DNA of 60,796 nucleotides, the filler included, from Stramenopiles sp. TOSAG23-6 (taxonomy: Eukaryota): assembly GCA_900128565.1 (NCBI GenBank). It is 2 parts of 2 records of this genome, joined end to end, with 100 filler letters (N's around TTAATTAATTAA, not from the genome) between each part and the next. Parts side by side here need not be neighbours in the genome. Positions count along the whole stretch, not along the records: positions 30,671 to 60,796 come from LT635967.1; 1 more part is not named here. One strand, written 5' to 3'. Of this stretch, positions 39,855 through 52,304 are shown piece after piece; the first letter of the stretch is position 1, and every line of letters starts with the position of its first letter. A model generated the notes under the pieces. It was not told where the DNA came from. It saw nothing but the letters and a program-made list of their open reading frames with translations, and searched no databases. The position numbers and the translations under genes are program-made.

Positions 39855-42800
39855 TTATTCTTTAAAACCATTCCTATGGACGTTTTCTATTTCTTCTAAA
39901 TAAAGATCATTCGTTTTAGAATCGACAGCTTGATTTTCAGTGGATAATTGTTCTTTTGTGGTTGCTTCTTGTGCAACAAGGTTACCGATAGGCACGATTT
40001 TGGTAGATTTTTTCTTATTTGCTTTCAGCACATGAATCGTTCGATTCGAAAATATATCTAAAGAATCAAGATTAGATCTCTCTAATTTTGGCCATTTTCC
40101 AATTTTTGAAACGTAGTGTATACATTGTGAAAAATATTTTTTGTTTGTTGGAAAAATCGTTAGGTACAAAATTTCGTACGAAACAAAAATAAATTCGAAT
40201 TTCAAAAATTAAAACGTACATTGCTGCATCACCTTTAGTCCCATCAGCCTTATTTGGAATACCAAACATTGAAGCTGCGGCATGCGCTACTATTGTACAC
40301 GTAACTAATCTACTAAAATAGTATGAAAAGGTAGTATCAATCATGATTAATGTATTTTGGAAAAATATTTCAAAAAAAATTTGTTAGGTACAAAATTTCG
40401 TACGAAAAAAACAATTGAAATTTGAAAAAAAATAAAACATATATATAACCTTTGAGATAGAACCAAAGATGTTTTCCGTATCCAAAAACACCCCCTTGAA
40501 AACTTCAGTTTCGTCAAATATTGCCCAAAGTATGAAGCCAATTATGACAAATCCGATAGATAAATACTTCAAAACTATGTTTAGTTTCTTACTCAAAAAA
40601 TTCTTTACTACTTTTTGGAAAGTAAAAATTTCAACCCCAATGACAACAAAAGCAAAATACCAATCCGCGTAAGCTTGATAAAAGAAAATAACTAATGCGA
40701 CGTTAGGTAAAGCTGATACGGCGCCAGCTACAGCCCTGAGGAGTGATGCAAATTGATTCAGTGAGTGCAAGTCTCTATGATGCTTAAGAGCTTTTGAAGT
40801 TTTCACAACTTTATCAAATTCACCGACTCCTTTGACGATTCCTTGAGAAATTCCTTGTGCAAATGGTAGTAATTTAGCAAACACGCGAAACCCAACAAAT
40901 GTACCAATTACAAATTTAACTTTTTTCAGTCCAGAAATCATACGTAAAACTGTAGCTTCAGCAGATATTTTTACAGCTTTAAAACTAGACAGTTCACTGA
41001 TGGCTATTAAATCACTTATTTGGCTAGCAAATAGTTTTTCTGCTTTTTCGATATTTTCATCAAGTTTTGAACGCGCAGATTTTGCATTAGCATTCAGACC
41101 ATTTTTAGTTCTAGAGGTACTATCTTCAATAAAATTATATATTTCATCACTTGTTTTAATTACGTCGTCTAAAATCTGACTTTCTAGAGAATCCAAACTT
41201 GTAGTAGTACTTCGTTCAACCCCAATTATTCCTTGATGACGGCCTTCAAATGCATCCGCTATGAATCCCATGACACTTTGTGAATACATACCACATCGAC
41301 CCTGTGTGCTTTCGCCAATGTTGGTTCGCTCCTTGTTGTGATCTGTATTAGGATCATTAAGCCATACACACTTGGCTCTACACACATGATCTACATTATC
41401 CACTTCTGTAGAATCAGAATAAAACTGATTTACACAAGTTGAACAATCTCCATCTGGAACACAATCTCCATAATGTACGAGGCATACATGATCACCAAGA
41501 GTCCAGTATAGCATCAATTCATTGCGACAGTAATCACAAACACACTGAACATAATTGTATGCCGCAGTATCTGTATCAAGTACATTCTTTACAAAATTAT
41601 AGTCGTTATCCCATTTAGGATCATTTAAAGCAAGCTTCCCGTTATCTGAATTTGGCCAAGATACAACACATTTCTTTTCAACAAAATCTGTGTGGCACTT
41701 ATCATACTTGGATTTGTTTTGAATCTTTTCGTCATCCGTAAAAAAAAATATATAACCGTGTTCCCTTGAACAATACTCTCTACCTGAAAAATTTTCGTGA
41801 CAATTTTTCCCCCATGCTTTAGGCGGAAATCCAGCAGGGTTTCCAAGCCCTGGATTTCCTAGGGCTAATCCATCTTGTGTAGCTACCTTATATACAGTGT
41901 TCTCACACTGAGCTTTTGTAAATTTGTTGACGGATAGTGTTGTTTCCTGACCATGGCAATCATCCACCCATCCACCCTGTTGCAATATGTCTGAATAAGG
42001 CTCTTTTAAATCTCCGTGTACTCCAAAATATAAATCAGTTGCAATGTTACGAAGTTTTGAATTAATTTGTTTATGAGCAGTATCTGTTGTATCATCTACA
42101 GCCTTTGTCAAAGTTGATACAAGGACGTTGTTTGCATCACCAACTACTTGCATCAAATAAGAGGCTTGCTTAGATACATATTCTTCTAATTGTGACGATT
42201 CTGTAGTAACTTCTATTGCAGTATTTCCACTATCTTTTTGCATTAAATATTCCAATTCTTGAATATTGGGGATAAGTGATTGTGACGCAGCATCCAACAA
42301 TTCAATGAGATCTGTTCGAGTGTATTGCAATATTTTAGCTGCATTAAATATAAAGGGGTTTATTGCATCAGAATCAAATATAGCTTTTTTCTTTGGGTAA
42401 GTATTTCTAAAACGACCGACTGCGTCTGCTGCCTTGTCTAAAACACTAGCCAACATTGTCCAATTACCAGGTATATTCTGAAAGCCATTGAGATTCGCTG
42501 TCGCTATAGGTATTGCCTTCAATACAAGAGGAATCTCATGTCTTAAGTCCAATTTGTTAGTATCACCACGTTTATTTGCTTCAACCCAGGCTGGTCCTGA
42601 AAGCGTGAACTTTGCAGGATAACCTGTTTTGGGGTCATGAAGTTGAGCAAAAAAGACACAAGCCGCCTCCTTTTGTTCATCAGTTGGTAGAGCTTTAATT
42701 GCAGCTGCCAAATCTTGATGATTTTTATTTACTTTCTTCGCTTCACTTGCTTGAACTACACACTCCGGATCGGAATATCCTAAAGAAATACATGTGCTAT

Positions 42801-44311
42801 CAGCCATTTCATACGCTTCTCTATATTCGGTTGCACAATTGTTACATGCACAATCCCACATATCTTTGATAACTTTAAATTTGCTTGCTTGTTCTGCTCG
42901 CCATTTTGGATTTGATATCCAGTTGTAATCATCTATCCAATTAAGATAATTAGCATGATTTGAGAAAGATTCCCAGTATGTACCACAAACTGTACGACCA
43001 CCGGTATCATAACCAGGAAGTGCACATGTTTCGAAAGTTGCAATTGACGCGTTTGGGTCACTACTAGGTTTCCAAACTTTTTTATTGCATTTAAATTCTT
43101 CAACAACCATATAAGGTTTATCTTTTTCGGGTACATCTTGCCAAGTATCTGAATTATAGAATGATTTACAAATATCGGTGAAGTTCCTCGTCAGATCTGG
43201 AGTAGGTAATGAATTACGGCGAGTTGGAGTGTACAGATCGTCTGATAGAGCATCAAATGATAGTGCAAGACCATTAAGTACATTACCAATATGATCACTA
43301 ATGATTTTCATCGTGAACTCAGCTGTTGCATCTGGTCCGATTCCCTTCGAAAGGGCTAATTTATTTCCTGCATCACAGAATTTTACTATAGCGTCGCTAG
43401 GCATAAAATATTTATTCAATGCTTCAAATTGGCCAGCATCAGACTCCACATTTTTACAACTTTCACTTTCATTTACAACTGAAGCGCGCAAAGTCGTACT
43501 AGTATCAGGATTAGGTAAATTGATANTTGATAAAGGCTTCTTCAAATCCTTTAACTTCAGGATACATTTGATTTGCTTCACCTTGAAAATAATGTATTGT
43601 ACAGTTCCGTAAAAAATTAAAACTAGAGTCGAGATTTGATCCTGGTTCGATAAAAGGAGGATCAAATATCAGCGATACAGCTACTCCGCACGCTTTATCA
43701 GATATTTTATCATATGGTACAAATGTTGGTAGTTTGAAGTTGACAACGGTATAAATAAGTATTGGCACTATAATTTTGGCAAAGTACAAAAATGTCAAAA
43801 CTCTAACTCTTATTGGTTCCCAATCTTCATCAGTAGCTTGTCTATTTGATTTTCTATTATGATAGAAAGTTAGGACGCAAATTCCAATTGCGGGAAGAAT
43901 AACAGAAAATGTAAGCAGTCGATCAGTCACCATATTTAAGTTTGCAAACGGTAAGAGTGGGTCTCTGAAAACACAAGGCACCTTATTTATCCAAGAGCCT
44001 TCATTTGACCAGTTCGTTGATAAGCTAGCAAGTCCAACTAGAGTACACACAATTCCAAAATATGCCGATTTAAGTAACATACTGTCGGAATAGTGACGGA
44101 AATGATTTAAGTATGCAGCCCGCGATGACTTTTGTAGTTTCTCTTCATCTGTTTGTTCCTTGGTCGTACCAAATTTACCTACTATTTTAGCTGCTTCACT
44201 GGTAGTATTTTTTTTCTGTGATATATGTTTTTCAAGTTTGTCTACTTTACCCCAAACGTTCTTTGTAGCATCTGAGAGAAATTTATTTCCAACTTGATCT
44301 AAAGGATCCAT
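39855..44311 (-). CDS. Large multi-pass membrane protein with a Cys-rich extracellular region (3 exons)
   Basis: N-terminal and C-terminal TM clusters; ignoring the N at 43526 joins the two long ORFs; introns at 40350-40442 and 40120-40219. Confidence 0.72.
40120..40219 (-). mobile_element. Introner-like GT-AT intron, copy 3 (100 nt)
   Basis: AT|GTACGT...ttcgtacgaaattttgtacctaac...ttcacaatgtAT; removal gives GDAAI-HYVSK in frame. Confidence 0.78.
40350..40442 (-). mobile_element. Introner-like intron, copy 4, AT-AT variant (93 nt)
   Basis: ATATGTTTT...ttcgtacgaaattttgtacctaac...caaaatacAT; removal gives SKVIL-IMIDT; contains an in-frame stop. Confidence 0.7.
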
Positions 44312-44539
44312 GGCTCAGAAAATTTGTTGTTACAATTTATGGAAAAATATCCATACAATAATATTTGATTCATCGTAAATCTGGTATAGTATAGTCATTC
44401 AAAATTGAAACGGCTCTCAGGAAAAACGACACAGATATCGCGGAGTACCGGGTACCCATCCAATTCAAAGGAAGACAGACTAAATTATATAGAGACTTTT
44501 TATACGTATTTTTTAAAAGGTAAAAGGAAGTTTTCATTC

Positions 44540-45918
44540 TTATAGCTTCGAATCAAAACATTGATGATTCAGACATTCTAATATCAGAGCATTCGCTGTT
44601 CCACCACCTTCACATATTGCCTGAAGACCAAAGCGTTTGTTTCTTCTTTCCAGTTCACATAGCAAAGTCGTACAAATTTTTGTACCTGTAGCACCAAGCC
44701 TATATTGAAGAATATTTGTTTCAATGCAGAAAAATTATTAGGTATGAAATTATTCACAAAAGAAAAAAAAAATGTAGTGAAAAAAATGTGGAGTAAAAAA
44801 AATATTCAAAAAAAAAAAACTTAAATTTGTTAGGTACAAAATTGCGTAGTAAAAAAAACATACGGATGACCTAAAGACATTGCTCCACCATTAACATTTA
44901 ATTTGCTCATTTTACCTCCACATTCTTTTAGAAAGCATAACGGCACAGATGCAAAGGCTTCATTGACTTCGTACAGGTCAATCTCATCGATTGTCAAATT
45001 CGCTTTCTGTAGAACTAATCGTGTGGCTGGTATAGGTCCATAGAGCATCATGATGGGACAACTACCAACAACAGCAATTGAAACTATACGAGCTCTTGGT
45101 GAAAGATTTAGCTTTTTTAATCCTCTTTCGTTACAGACTAACATAGCTGAAGCGCCATCGGTTATTTGCGAGGCTGTAGCAGCCGTCAATTTGCCTGTTT
45201 CTTGAAGTAACGGAAGTTTTCGTAACTTTTCTTTTGTATTGGGCCAACGAATGCCTTCATCTTTACTAACCATTATTTCATTACCGTCTTTGTCAACACC
45301 AGCAATAGGAATTATTTCACGAACAAATCGACCTTCTCTAGTTGCTCGATGAGCTCTTTTATGTGATAGTAGGGCAAATTCTTCCATATTTTCACGGCTT
45401 AATTGTGCTTTTTCTGCTACTAGTTCTGCACCAGCAAACTGTGAAAACATCACATCTGGGTACCTTTCTTCAATCCCATCACTATTAAATGGAAAACCAT
45501 GTCCTGCTTTCATCCCATCAGTAATATTTGCACCAATTGGCACAAGTGTCATACACTCTACTCCCCCTGCGATGATAACGTCTTGTGTGCCCGACATTAC
45601 AGCTTGTACTGCAAAATGCAAAGCCTGCTGTGAGGAGCCACACTGTCGGTCAACAGTTGTACCTGGCACTGACTCTGGAAGGTTTGAGGAAAGAATGATA
45701 TTACGGGCTAGATTACCAGCCTGGCTTCCGACTTGAGATACACAACCAAAAATACAATCGTCAATCATATCAGCACGTTCGTTTGTCAAATTATTACGAG
45801 CTAGTAGAGCATTGACCACAACGGCACCAAGATCAGCTGGATGCCACTCTCGAAGACTACCCTGGCGTTTTCCACCAGGTGTGCGACAGCAGTCCACAAT
45901 GTACGCTGTGAATGGCAT
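44540..45918 (-). CDS. Thiolase (acetyl-CoA acyltransferase), peroxisomal PTS1 -SKL, one GT-AG intron at 44700-44863
   Basis: DRQCGSSQQA, NEAFA, GHP|LGATG, CEGGG; ends DSKL*. Confidence 0.93.
44700..44863 (-). mobile_element. GT-AG intron (164 nt) containing two introner-family cores
   Basis: GTATGT...aattttgtacctaac...aatttcatacctaat...caatatAG. Confidence 0.75.
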
Positions 45919-46115
45919 TTTATGTAAATGTAGTCAATTTCAATAGTTAACAGAATATTCAATATAAATTTTCGGTATTAAATTTTCCGGAATATTTGAT
46001 TCATTTGTCGTTTCATTTGTTTTTTCCGATTTCGTGTAAAAATGCCCGGGGCACTCTCATCATCAACCTACAGACTACAGTATGTATTACTAGTGTTTAC
46101 ATAAGAAGTAGGAGG

Positions 46116-48105
46116 ATGTCATCGTCAGCCCGTCGATCAGATTTTAAGCGCAATTGCTTTAATCATACAGAAAAACGCCGATCGTATGCTACAAATCTCC
46201 GTAAGAATAAGCGTACACAAAAGATTTTAGCTAAACGGCGGAAACAAAACCCGAAGAATTCCGATGGATCTTTGCCTTTCGATACCCCCTCAGAGACTAA
46301 CGTTGTCGCTGCACTCTCACGTCTTCGGTACGCAATAAATACTTCAGATGTATCACCTACTGATGCCTTGAAATATTTACGTCGTTCATTATCACTAACA
46401 GATTTAAGTGATGATTTCATTTCTTTAGCTGTAGCCAACGATGCATGTCGTCTTTTTGGTGAAATAATAGGTGCTAATTTGAGTTCCTCAACAACACAAA
46501 CATCCAAACGAATATTCGAAGATAATGATATATACGAAGCTCTATGGTGTCTCGGCAATATTGCTTCTGGAACGAAAGAGCAAGCAAAACATGTTCTACC
46601 AGCTCTTCCTGTTGTTTGTCAGTTTCTTTTAAGTAATAATATTTTATTACAAGAGCAAGCTACCTGGGTAGTAGGTAACGTGAGTGCAGACGACAGTTGG
46701 CGTGCACAACTTCATGCTGCCGGTGTTATTGAATCTGTTTCTAATTTATTAAATGGTTTAACGAGTGAAATCATCAAAACTGCTGCGTGGAGTATATCCA
46801 ACTTAGCAAGAGGTCGCCACACACCCGTTGAACCATTTTTTAATTCTAAGTGTAGTACGAAACTCATTCAACTTTTAAAACGTAAAATTATAAACCCAAA
46901 TTCTACATTGAATGTATCTACAGCACGCACTGATAGTAACCACAATATGATGTTTGATACACCTGTCATTGAGGAAGCTCTTTGGGCGCTAAGTTATCTA
47001 TCTGCAAGAAATAATACGTTCACTCAAAAATTACTTGACGATGGTTTTCTATCGGGTTTATTCGGTATTCTTGTAGATATTGATATGACATCTACATTGA
47101 AGATCTGCACACCTCTTTTTCGATGTTTTGGTAATATTTTGGCGGGGCCAAATTCTTGGGTAGATGTTGTTCTCTTTGGTCATGAAAGTCGAAATACAAT
47201 AGTGAGAGGTAATTTATCTATATTCGTAAAAAACGTATTTCGTGTATTAAAAGTTCATATTGAAAATAGGTCTGTGACTAAGGAAATATGTTGGGTCTTG
47301 TCTAATATTAGTAGTGGCACTCCTCATCATTGCGAGGCTTTATTTTCAGAACCAGGTTTAGTTGAACAACTTATAGCTATTTTCTTAGATTCGGGATTTG
47401 ATGTTCGGAAAGAGGCCGGAACTGTAATTTTAGGTATTGCAGCTGCTTCTAACATTTCATTTCAAAAAATTTATTCAAAAGACATTTTAGTTTCATTTCT
47501 TAGATTTAGTGAGGCACCTGATTATGATGGGAAAAAGTTATGTCTAAATTATGTTGATCTTGTTTTGAGTCATGTACGTTTTCACATCATGAATTTATTC
47601 ATTTTTTTTGTATGAAAATTTCGTACCTAACGATTTTTTTCATGTTTTTTTTTTCACAATACATGGTGGTAACTATATTCGAGAGGTAGAAGAGGCGAAC
47701 GCGATTGAGTTACTAGAATTGATCCAATATGGGACTGATAGATGTTTATCTAAACATGCTCAATGGCTTGTTGATACTTATTTTGGTGAAGACTATGATG
47801 ATGGAGAAGAAGAATATTCTATGGACCATTCAATAGATGAAACTTTAAAAAAACCAAGTTTTCAAAATGCAGTGACACATGGTACCTTTCTTCCATTTGG
47901 AGATAATAAAAAACATTCGGATAATAAACCACGCCCTTCTGTTACACCTGCTTGGATGAATCATCAGGAAAATAATCCACCCATTAGCTTGGAGAAAAAC
48001 GTGTTGGATGAAAAATCACGAAATATACATGAAAATAATACATTAGAACCTTTACCCGGTCAACAATCACTGTTTGACTTTGGGTTTACATCAGATAAAA
48101 GATAG
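46116..48105 (+). CDS. Divergent importin-alpha-like ARM-repeat protein (2 exons; GT-AT intron 47574-47664)
   Basis: IBB-like RR...LRKNKR...AKRR; EALWCLGNIASG, EQATWVVGNV, TAAWSISNL, EALWALSYL, KEICWVLSNI, DVRKEA. Confidence 0.88.
47574..47664 (+). mobile_element. Introner-like GT-AT intron, copy 5 (91 nt)
   Basis: CAT|GTACGT...aaatttcgtacctaac...ttcacaatacAT|GGT; removal gives LVLSH-GGNYIREVEE. Confidence 0.82.
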
Positions 48106-48408
48106 CGCATCGCTTTATCATACAAAAAGATAGGGATGACATAAACAGTACAGCAAGGGATGACATAAAAAGTAGAGCAAGGGATGACATAAAAAGTAGG
48201 TACTACTTTGACAGTAAGTCACATTAATTTTTGACTCTTTATAAACACGAAATATGAGTTTAAAGTAGTATATATTAAATTTGGTTCATTCGTCTCTTTT
48301 AATTACAAAACAACATTGCAACGATACATCTAAAATCTTAAATAAAACGTGCCCATAGAATGAGAAATCATACTATCGACATCTACTGCCATAGATTTAG
48401 TTTCTCGT

Positions 48409-49158
48409 TTACCAAGCATCATCATCGTCACCGCCGAACATGTTTCCAACTTCGACTTCTTCTTCTTCCTCCTCTTCTTCTTCTTCGACTTCCTCTTCAG
48501 CTGCAGCGCCACCAGCGCCACCAGCGCCGCCGCCGCCACCGCCGCCACCGCCGGCAACTAAGCGTTCTTTTCCAGCTTCCAAAAGTTCTTCAATGCTTTT
48601 ACCTGCCATCTTTTCCATAAAAAATGAGAGAGCGTTAGCATCTACTTCAATGCCACTTTTGGTAAGAAGTTCAGAAACTTCTTCAGCAGTTGGCTGAGCC
48701 TTTCCGCCAAGAGCGAGGAGCATGTATGCAGATGTGTACTATAATGTGTAAATATAGAATACACGTGTCAATTTTAGTAATGATTTAACGAGTAATGTTG
48801 GGCACAAGTGAACAGTCATGGAAATAAAGGGAAACTCGCTTGTTGAAAAAGAAACGATAAACAAAAAGTGTTTTAAAACTATAAAAAACAATTGTTAACA
48901 ACACAAAAAGCATTTTAACATAAGGTATAACTATATGAAACACGTGATGAATACTTCATTGTCATAGCGATTCGTTAAAACAATATTTTGTCAAAATCAT
49001 ACAACGCGTGGTAGTTACCATAATGAAAGGATGCTCAAAATCTCTTAGACTTCTCTGCAGATACTTCCAAAAGAGCTATTCCAACATGTTTCAACATCAG
49101 TATTCATTTTAAGTTATGCAGTCTGTTTGTTATACTTGGAGTTTTAACTTACCTTCAT
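48409..49158 (-). CDS. RPLP2: 60S acidic ribosomal protein P2 (canonical GT-AG intron 48739-49152)
   Basis: MK|YTSAYMLLALGG...GKSIEELL..G..L, acidic tail; donor GTAAGT and acceptor TATAG. Confidence 0.92.
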
Positions 49159-49547
49159 TGTGATTAGTTTTACTGAGAAGAATGAATAAACGAACGCACG
49201 AGCGGAGGCGGACCAACTCAACAATTTTGTGTTGTAGTCAGCAAAATATGGCGATGGTTGACAGAAACATAACTTGGACAAACCTGCTTTTCTACATTTT
49301 TTTCCATTTCAATGATTTCATTCAAATTCAATGATCCAAGTTCCCTATTTGAATAAAAAATGGCATAACCAATTAATCAATTGGGGGATTCAAAGTGAAG
49401 AGCATTTTTTTATTAAATATTGAATATAAAATTAGAATATCTTTTATTTTCAGACCAAAAATCAAGGACATCTAAATTTAGGGTAATAGATCTATTATTT
49501 CCTCCCTCTCCTTTCAAATAAGACACAAATTTGGAGAAATATCTTAT

Positions 49548-50639
49548 TCATGAGTGTTTCTTACCGTCGCTATACTCTTCCAGAGTCCAGTTACATTTCT
49601 CCAGCGTCTGTTTGTGAACATTGTCTGATATATTGTGTTGAGTAGAAAACTCACGCAGTAATTTTTTTTCCGTGGGCTGCACCACACTATCTACAAGAGC
49701 ACTTTGCATCATCATGTAGTAGTTCATTATTGGTTCCGCCTTATCCTTTTTAAGCATTTCGTCTACAACACTGTTGAGACAGAGCTTCACTTCTTCGCCT
49801 TCCAATATATCCCCACCTTGTTTAATTGCCGACCGCATTTTCTCATGTGTGAAAGTTATGTATCGGACTTTGTCGTATTTCTCGCACACTTTGGCAGTCA
49901 TTTCATATTTATCTGTAGCTTTTGAAATTTCAGTGAAACCACAAGAACCAATTAAACTCCCAGGTCCAACAGAACATGCATATTCATCATCTAAAAAGAG
50001 ATCAACTTCCCCTGAGGTTATAAGTATCAATATTTTGGCATCTTCACCTTGTTTGGCAATAACTGCTCCAGTAGGTGCACTTGTCCATTCGTTGTAATTA
50101 TTCATAAGTATTTTGAATGATTGTAAACTCATCATACCAGATAGATGGTTATATAGGTCCAACTCATCTTTTGTAAATTTCACTTCACCTGACATGATGA
50201 TCTTGTAAATGGCGGTTGAATTTAGGCATATATAAATAGTACTCCAAAAGACAGCAACTTTCCAGGCAGGACTTGTGAAGAATTGGTAAACGATACTACA
50301 TGTACTTCCACAGATGGCCATAATCCGAAGTTGCAACACGTCTGAACATGAATATTGACAGAAGCCAATAAAAAACCCTAAATTACCGATGTAAAATGAA
50401 TTTCTCTTAATGAAAGCGGCAACGGGAGATTCCTTTTTTACAGCAGCTTCACTTGCTGTATTACTCATGAAACGTCTCCACGGCCGAAATGATGTTGGTG
50501 CTCTTTTAGAAAACGTGCTTATAACACGACGTTGCAAATAATTTTGTGTGTTTAATGCTGGGATACTTCTAGAGTAGTGAGTTACAGCAGGTTGGAAATT
50601 GTTATGGAACTTAAACCTATTTAAACATAATCGAAACAT
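49548..50639 (-). CDS. Popeye/cNMP-binding-domain membrane protein with a mitochondrial-type presequence
   Basis: DVLQLRIMAI, VFWSTIYICLN, FTKDELDLY, LILITSGEV, GSLIG. Confidence 0.72.
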   Translation of the reverse strand: MFRLCLNRFKFHNNFQPAVTHYSRSIPALNTQNYLQRRVISTFSKRAPTSFRPWRRFMSNTASEAAVKKESPVAAFIKRNSFYIGNLGFFIGFCQYSCSDVLQLRIMAICGSTCSIVYQFFTSPAWKVAVFWSTIYICLNSTAIYKIIMSGEVKFTKDELDLYNHLSGMMSLQSFKILMNNYNEWTSAPTGAVIAKQGEDAKILILITSGEVDLFLDDEYACSVGPGSLIGSCGFTEISKATDKYEMTAKVCEKYDKVRYITFTHEKMRSAIKQGGDILEGEEVKLCLNSVVDEMLKKDKAEPIMNYYMMMQSALVDSVVQPTEKKLLREFSTQHNISDNVHKQTLEKCNWTLEEYSDGKKHS

Positions 50640-51002
50640 CGTAAAGTATGGAAAAATAATTGGAAAGGGTACGTAGACAAGATATAGGAAATGCAACGGT
50701 ATCATCATGCAAAATATTTTAAAACCGCATGGTACCGGGTATCGTAAATTCGATCGCGCGGTCAGACGTCATCGGATCGGACTCGACGCGTCTTTTTGGT
50801 GGTACAACACAACCAAAATTAGTCAACCAAAATATAACAACAACGCCCACATTTTTACACTCATAGTTGTAAAGGGCTTCATTACAGGAAAAATTATATG
50901 CTAAAATTATACGACTTCACTTAAATCGTTATTTAGATTTTACTTGTATTCACCCTAGAATAAAGTGGGAAGAAAGCATTCACATAAAAGAACAAGTGCA
51001 AA

Positions 51003-52103
51003 ATGACTCCCAATCGTGAAAGCAAAACGTTTCTAGACATGGATAAAAATAAGGATGGTTTTGTGTCACTAGATGAATATTTACCGCACCGGAAATCTTT
51101 AGCGGAAGATATAAAAACATATCACAAACCTGATGTACAATTTTCCCGGACTTTTGCCGGTCAGGCCATCTGCGCGGGTGTAGCAGGTATATGCCAAATG
51201 TACAGTGGAGGAATAGTTTTAGATACAGTATCTACGCGCTTACAGGCTGGTTTTGGAATTGGCCAAGCACTTTGGGGTATCCGTGGATATAAAAGTACTA
51301 ATCCAACATCACTGATATCAAGAGCAGCTGCTGTACATGGTGTCTCGAAGACGCAACTATGTCTCTCTCTTCTAAAAAGGTCGAATTTATACGCAGGCAT
51401 TGGTGTAGTTGTTCGAGGTCGCTTCCCCTATTTAACGTTAAACTTAGGTACATATGCTCAAGCGGAACAATGGGTATTAGGGATTCGGGGTGGTGTCTAT
51501 CGTGAAAAGACACTAGGAGAAGATCTATTTTGTATTGTCAGTAGCACTTCGGTAGGCGCAGCTGCTATAACTGCCATTGAATGTCCAAAAATTTTAGATC
51601 AGTTGAGGGGCGGACAAGTTGATAAGGCAAATAGAAGCACTGTTTTGGGGGTAATTAAAAAATTCGGGATACGTCGTTTAATGCAAGGCTATGAGGCTAC
51701 ATTTCTTAGAGAGTTTTGTTTCAATTGTGCACTTTTGGGCTCTCCTGGAATTTCCAAAAGATTACGATCTAATTTTATCGAGCCTAATCTTGAAACTTCT
51801 GCAGTCGCACGTTTCTTTGATGGAAAAGAAATGTTTTTCACTAGCATGGCAATGGGATTTCCTATAGGTTTTATTACCAATGTTCCTGATCAAATGAAGA
51901 CAAATATACAAAAAGGACAATTTCGAAATATACTTGAAGCGATCAAGTGGCAATCAACTCAAGGTGGGGGTATCAGAGGATTGTTGGGTAAAGCTGCAGT
52001 GTATCGATCTCTGTATATTTGTCATGGTGTCGTTTTCCTCAATTTTGCAAGGACACGTGTTGAAACACTACTTAACAATAGTCGTTTAGACGAGTTATTT
52101 TAA
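51003..52103 (+). CDS. Mitochondrial carrier family protein with an N-terminal EF-hand
   Basis: DKNKDGFVSLDE EF-hand; LDTVSTRLQ, IECPKI and PDQMKTNIQ carrier signatures. Confidence 0.8.
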   Translation: MTPNRESKTFLDMDKNKDGFVSLDEYLPHRKSLAEDIKTYHKPDVQFSRTFAGQAICAGVAGICQMYSGGIVLDTVSTRLQAGFGIGQALWGIRGYKSTNPTSLISRAAAVHGVSKTQLCLSLLKRSNLYAGIGVVVRGRFPYLTLNLGTYAQAEQWVLGIRGGVYREKTLGEDLFCIVSSTSVGAAAITAIECPKILDQLRGGQVDKANRSTVLGVIKKFGIRRLMQGYEATFLREFCFNCALLGSPGISKRLRSNFIEPNLETSAVARFFDGKEMFFTSMAMGFPIGFITNVPDQMKTNIQKGQFRNILEAIKWQSTQGGGIRGLLGKAAVYRSLYICHGVVFLNFARTRVETLLNNSRLDELF

Positions 52104-52304
52104 TTTTTTTTTTTTAAATTGTTTGATAAAATGTATTCAAAAGTGAAAAGTCAATAAAAATAGGTTATTCGTCATATTTCGTGTTTTTGCGCTTGATCGT
52201 TTTTAGAATCTTCTGGGTTTCTTCTTTGGCCAAGTCAACTGGTAAAACTACAAAAATTGAAGTACAAAATATCTAATGTTTTTCAGTTTCTAGGGTAAAC
52301 TTCA

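Noticed and set aside
43511-43665. Overlapping ORFs suggesting programmed frameshifting
   Set aside because: The shift coincides with the ambiguous N at 43526, and deleting it fuses the frames.
47572-47662. Reading the family as U12-type AT-AC introns
   Set aside because: Possible by sliding in only three copies; there is no ATATCCTT donor or TCCTTAAC branch consensus, and four copies cannot slide left.
48739-49152. Intronic snoRNA in the long RPLP2 intron
   Set aside because: No convincing C/D or H/ACA box arrangement or rRNA antisense element on the sense strand.
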